A stretch of DNA of 64,000 nucleotides from Armatimonadota bacterium (lineage in GTDB: Bacteria; Armatimonadota; HRBIN16), in the NCBI GenBank assembly GCA_942492855.1, contig OW818647.1, positions 1,017,864-1,081,863 of the forward strand. The letters are read 5' to 3'. The notes under the pieces are model-generated. The model was not told where the DNA came from. It ran no database searches and saw only the letters and a list, made by a program, of their open reading frames with translations. This document shows, piece by piece, positions 60,445-64,000 of the stretch; positions within the stretch are counted from its first letter, which is position 1, and each line of letters opens with the position of its first letter. The position numbers and the translations under genes were made by a program.

Positions 60445-60695
60445 GCGGCTGGTAGCTGGGCGGTCTGTTACGCTTTGACCGGGGCGGTCTGGCTGTAGTC
60501 TAGCTGCTATAGATATCTCAAGACCGCGCCGGTCTGGCGGATAGCCCTCCGGGTTATGAGGGTACTAAGACCGGCGCGGTTAGGGAAAACCGCCCCGGAC
60601 ATAGGCGAATCAAGACCGGCCCGGAAAGGGAAAACCGGACCGGTCATAGCAAACCACCCCGGCCGTGCGCAACGCTGGTGGATAATCGGCCCGCC

Positions 60696-61358
60696 TTACA
60701 GCACCAGATGGCCGTCGTGCATGTGATACATGGTGTCGCAATCCTTCAGCATCGCTGGGTCATGCGATACCACCATCACCGCGCCACGTGACCGATAACC
60801 TGCGATCAACTTCATCACCGCCTCGCCGTTGGTGCGGTCCAGGGAGGCGGTGGGCTCATCAGCAAATAGGATGTCAGGCTGATGAGCCATGGCTCTGGCG
60901 ACGCAGACCCTCTGCTTTTCCCCACCGGACAGCTTATAAGGCCGCCTGTTCTCCAGATGCTGGAGGCCCAACTGCTGCATCACCTCATGCGCCTGCACCA
61001 CCGACTGCGCCCCGCCACCTGGTGCGGCCAGAAGCACATTTTCCAGCGCGCTCAGGTAGGTCATCAGGTATGGCTGCTGGAATACAAACCCGAAGTCACG
61101 CAGACGCAGCCCCATTAACTTGGGCTCTGGCAGCTTATGCATGTCCGTCTGCTGGTAAATGACCGATCCCTCAGTGGGCCGCTTCAGGCCAGACAGCAGA
61201 TAGAGCAGGCTGCTTTTCCCGCTGCCAGACGGGCCCATCACACCTACGAACTCGCCCTTGTGGATTTTGATGTCCACATGGTCTACGGCGTAGGTCTTTT
61301 CCGTACCCTCCTGGTAGATCAGGCTGAGCTGCTGCCCCTGCAGGATTACTTCCGACAT
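60696..61358 (-). CDS. ABC transporter ATP-binding subunit (LolD/MacB-like)
   Basis: GPSGSGKS, LSGGEKQRV, FADEPT and VSHD motifs. Confidence 0.95.
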   Translation of the reverse strand: MSEVILQGQQLSLIYQEGTEKTYAVDHVDIKIHKGEFVGVMGPSGSGKSSLLYLLSGLKRPTEGSVIYQQTDMHKLPEPKLMGLRLRDFGFVFQQPYLMTYLSALENVLLAAPGGGAQSVVQAHEVMQQLGLQHLENRRPYKLSGGEKQRVCVARAMAHQPDILFADEPTASLDRTNGEAVMKLIAGYRSRGAVMVVSHDPAMLKDCDTMYHMHDGHLVL

Positions 61359-61361
61359 CGC

Positions 61362-62501
61362 CTACAGCTTCCTTTCGATGATCGCCACAGGGTCGAAGCT
61401 GAGCAGACGGCTGCCCGCGGTGATGGAAGCGAAGGCCAGTACCGTCAGCGGTAGGGGAAGGGTGTAGGCGTAGCTGCCGATGTCATACGGGTTAAGCAGT
61501 AGCCCCCGCGGTGCAAACACCAGTTGGTTGAGTAGGTTCAGCAACGCGATGGTCAGAACCGCCCCCAGCGCCCATCCCCCAATTACCATCAGGCTGGTTT
61601 CGCGCACAATCCTGGCCAGCAGACGCTTGCGCGTGTATCCCATGGCGGTCAGCAGAGCAAATTCGGGCAGCCTTTGGGTGAAATAGATGTTACTCAATAG
61701 CCCCATCATAATGGCCAGCACGAAAACCACCACGGTGACGACCACCCTCATGATGAGGTAGAGGTTCTCCAGCGATTCGCGCAGCTCCTTGACCAGCATC
61801 CCGAAGGTGAACATGCGCGCCTGCGTGGGGTCGATGGCCTTCTTGATCTTGGCATCCAGCGCAGCCTGAGTTTCTATGCTACCGGAGGATAGCAGATAGT
61901 TTTCCATGGCCGGGAAATAGTGTTCCGCCACATACTCGTAGCTCATCACGGCGAACCAGTTGTCGCCATCTAGCAGACCAACCAGTTTCACAGGTTTTGG
62001 CGCGTATGAGTCCGACTGATCTGGGCTAAGCACGGTGTCGCCGATCTTTACTCGTTTGTTTTTCGCCAAAGCCACAGACAGCACACATTCCGGGGAGTTC
62101 TTTTTGGGCATCCGGCCCTCTACAAGCCGCATTCCGGTCAGTTTCAGCACCCTGGGCATATCCTGCTGCCTCAGGCCGAACAGCACGAACGGGAACTTGC
62201 CGAAGATGCTGCGGATGGTGGTGAAGGCGGCTCGGAACTCCACTTGCTGTTTGACGTCCGACAGCATGTAGATTTGGCCCTGTACCTCCTGGGATAACTC
62301 TACGCCGTTGCGTGGGATGACCACAGCAAAGTGACGGTTGTAGCCATACACTGTGAGTACGGTCAGGTCGATGCTGCGGATGACAGTGATCACGGCACCG
62401 ATCAACACCACCGCCAGTGCGATCACCGTGGTCACGGGTGCCGTGCGGCCGAGGTTGCGTCCAATGAACAGTCGTGCAGAGAGAGGATTGAATGCCTTCA
62501 T
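61362..62501 (-). CDS. ABC transporter permease (FtsX/MacB-like)
   Basis: N-terminal TM, periplasmic domain, then QRLPEFALLTAMGYTRKRL...RET and three TMs. Confidence 0.9.
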   Translation of the reverse strand: MKAFNPLSARLFIGRNLGRTAPVTTVIALAVVLIGAVITVIRSIDLTVLTVYGYNRHFAVVIPRNGVELSQEVQGQIYMLSDVKQQVEFRAAFTTIRSIFGKFPFVLFGLRQQDMPRVLKLTGMRLVEGRMPKKNSPECVLSVALAKNKRVKIGDTVLSPDQSDSYAPKPVKLVGLLDGDNWFAVMSYEYVAEHYFPAMENYLLSSGSIETQAALDAKIKKAIDPTQARMFTFGMLVKELRESLENLYLIMRVVVTVVVFVLAIMMGLLSNIYFTQRLPEFALLTAMGYTRKRLLARIVRETSLMVIGGWALGAVLTIALLNLLNQLVFAPRGLLLNPYDIGSYAYTLPLPLTVLAFASITAGSRLLSFDPVAIIERKL

Positions 62502-62653
62502 GAATACAGTTTACCTGATGGTGATGTGATGGGATAGCAGTACCTAGCAGATGGCATACCATTGCCCACTAGATTAAGGCGGGCTCGCATTTTGTGGCAA
62601 TTGGTAATCACAGCAATCCCGATTAATGACCGAAAAGTGACTATATTAGACAA

Positions 62654-62728
62654 AAGTGTATGTTACAGAAGTGTGTTTAGTATAAGTATGTTTATACAAA
62701 GTATGATTTGTATAAGTATGTTTATATA
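62654..62728. repeat. Degenerate 15-bp tandem repeat x5 in a divergent promoter region
   Basis: AAGT at 62654, 62669, 62684, 62699 and 62714; consensus about AAGTATGTTTAKAYA. Confidence 0.8.
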
Positions 62729-62861
62729 TTATATTCTATGTATATTGGCGGCAGTAATGTGGGTTATCAGTCCGCGGTAGAATGTAATAGGAATGGTATC
62801 TACTCAGTTATCGACGGCCACGGTGCCTTAACCAGCAACCGGCAATGATTCTGTTGCTTCC

Positions 62862-63090
62862 GGCACCCACGAAGTGGGTAAGATTCTTATAGCCACGGGT
62901 AAGCACAAGCGCAACCCGTGGGAGGCAACGAAAAACCGACTACCCCGAAGTGGGTCGTCTTCAGTGACTTAATATAACGGCTACCGTGTATAGGTGCGAC
63001 CCACTTCGGGGTAGGAATGATACACCGCTTTCCAGGGGTATCGCTTCGCTCACCCCTGGCTATAAGAATCTTACCCACTTCGTGGGTGCC
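62862..63090 (-). mobile_element. 229-bp MITE/REP-derived element, copy 3
   Basis: Reverse-orientation near-identical copy of 39830-40058. Confidence 0.85.
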
Positions 63091-63194
63091 CGTAGGGATG
63101 CATGAAGGCGTTGCGTATATGCTCAACTGACACGTGGCAATACAATTTGATGTCTGAGTAGTTTCCAAGAATGAAATATAGTAGGAGAATGCTG

Positions 63195-64000
63195 ATGTTC
63201 AATAAGCCCGGTTCCGAACTGTTCGTGCCCGATGGGCTGCCTGCAGAGCAAGCCTTGAAGCGGTGCGATCATTTAGCCATTGCTGCCCACCAGGATGACA
63301 TAGAGATCATGGCGATTCACGGAATCCTGCAGTGCTTCGGTCGTGACGACCACTGGTTCTGCGGATGTGTCGTGACTGACGGGGCTGGCAGCCCGCGCGA
63401 TGATCTTTATGCCAGCACCAGCGATGAGCAGATGAAGTTGATACGTCTGCAGGAGCAGCGTAAGGCGGCGGTCGTTGGTGAGTATGGTGCACAAGCAGCG
63501 TTGTGTTACTCCAGCGCTGAGACGAAGCACTCTGGTGACACCCCCGTTGTTGACGACCTCCACAAGCTGTTCATGGCCTCTAGTGCCCACACCGTCTACC
63601 TGCACAATCTAGCCGATAAGCACCCCACGCATGTGGCCACAGCATTCCGGGCCATCAATGCGCTGCGTCGCCTGCCGATAGAGCGTCGCCCGAAGCACCT
63701 ATACGGATGCGAAGTGTGGCGCGACCTCGACTGGCTGGTAGATGAGCAGAAAGTGGCTCTGGATGTGAGCGGCCATGAGAGCCTCCAAGCAGCCCTCCTG
63801 GGGGTATTTGACAGCCAGATATGCGGAGGTAAGCGGTACGATTTGGCGGCCATGGGACGCCGTCGTGCCCACGCCACCTACCACGCCAGCCACGGTGTGG
63901 ACGCCAGCAACCTGCTGACTTTCGCGATGGACCTCAGTCCGTTGATGGCCGATGATACCCTCTCTCCGCTGACTTTGGTTGAGCAATACATGACCGCGTT
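63195..64000 (+). CDS. PIG-L/LmbE-family deacetylase (partial, runs off right edge)
   Basis: AGGAG RBS, ATG 63195; my translation gives LAIAAHQDDIE, VTDGAGS, R..EQ..AA and HNLADKHPTH; open to the window end. Confidence 0.85.
   Translation, partial: MFNKPGSELFVPDGLPAEQALKRCDHLAIAAHQDDIEIMAIHGILQCFGRDDHWFCGCVVTDGAGSPRDDLYASTSDEQMKLIRLQEQRKAAVVGEYGAQAALCYSSAETKHSGDTPVVDDLHKLFMASSAHTVYLHNLADKHPTHVATAFRAINALRRLPIERRPKHLYGCEVWRDLDWLVDEQKVALDVSGHESLQAALLGVFDSQICGGKRYDLAAMGRRRAHATYHASHGVDASNLLTFAMDLSPLMADDTLSPLTLVEQYMTA

Overview
The window has two parts. (1) Positions 1 to about 18110 are the right arm of an integrated prophage with podovirus-like (P22/T7-type) head genes. Reading leftwards on the minus strand it carries a Cro-like HTH, a sigma4/LuxR-like regulator, an HNH endonuclease, a five-HTH protein, terminase small and large subunits, a zinc ribbon, portal, scaffold, major capsid protein, an adaptor-like protein and a nozzle-like protein that runs off the left edge. 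A short plus-strand block holds an AAA/RecA-like replication ATPase and an HNH, preceded by a repeat-rich putative origin. A XerC/D-like integrase abuts the 5' end of tRNA-His(GUG). (2) Positions 18111-64000 are visibly GC-richer host chromosome; the C-terminal dockerin-like domain of the RCC1-type protein suggests Armatimonadota, which is an inference. This part is rich in carbohydrate enzymes (two GH2 beta-mannosidases, a tandem DUF2961/GH172 pair, GH43, a 1321-aa six-hairpin glycosidase-like protein, a PIG-L deacetylase) and housekeeping genes (serS, menG/ubiE, polyprenyl synthase, dnaG, a sigma-70 factor, an ABC exporter). Its intergenic spaces are crowded with REP/MITE-like elements. The most unusual observations are a helically phased array of six alternating 11-bp half-sites at the phage origin, a five-HTH phage regulator, a tandem array of about 359-bp REP mosaics bracketing an HTH-ImmA/IrrE + PIN module, a 229-bp MITE whose conserved flank points at carbohydrate genes in all three copies, and a 3.8-kb cargo bracketed by perfect 34-bp inverted repeats. 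All family assignments come from motif recognition by eye; no database search was run.
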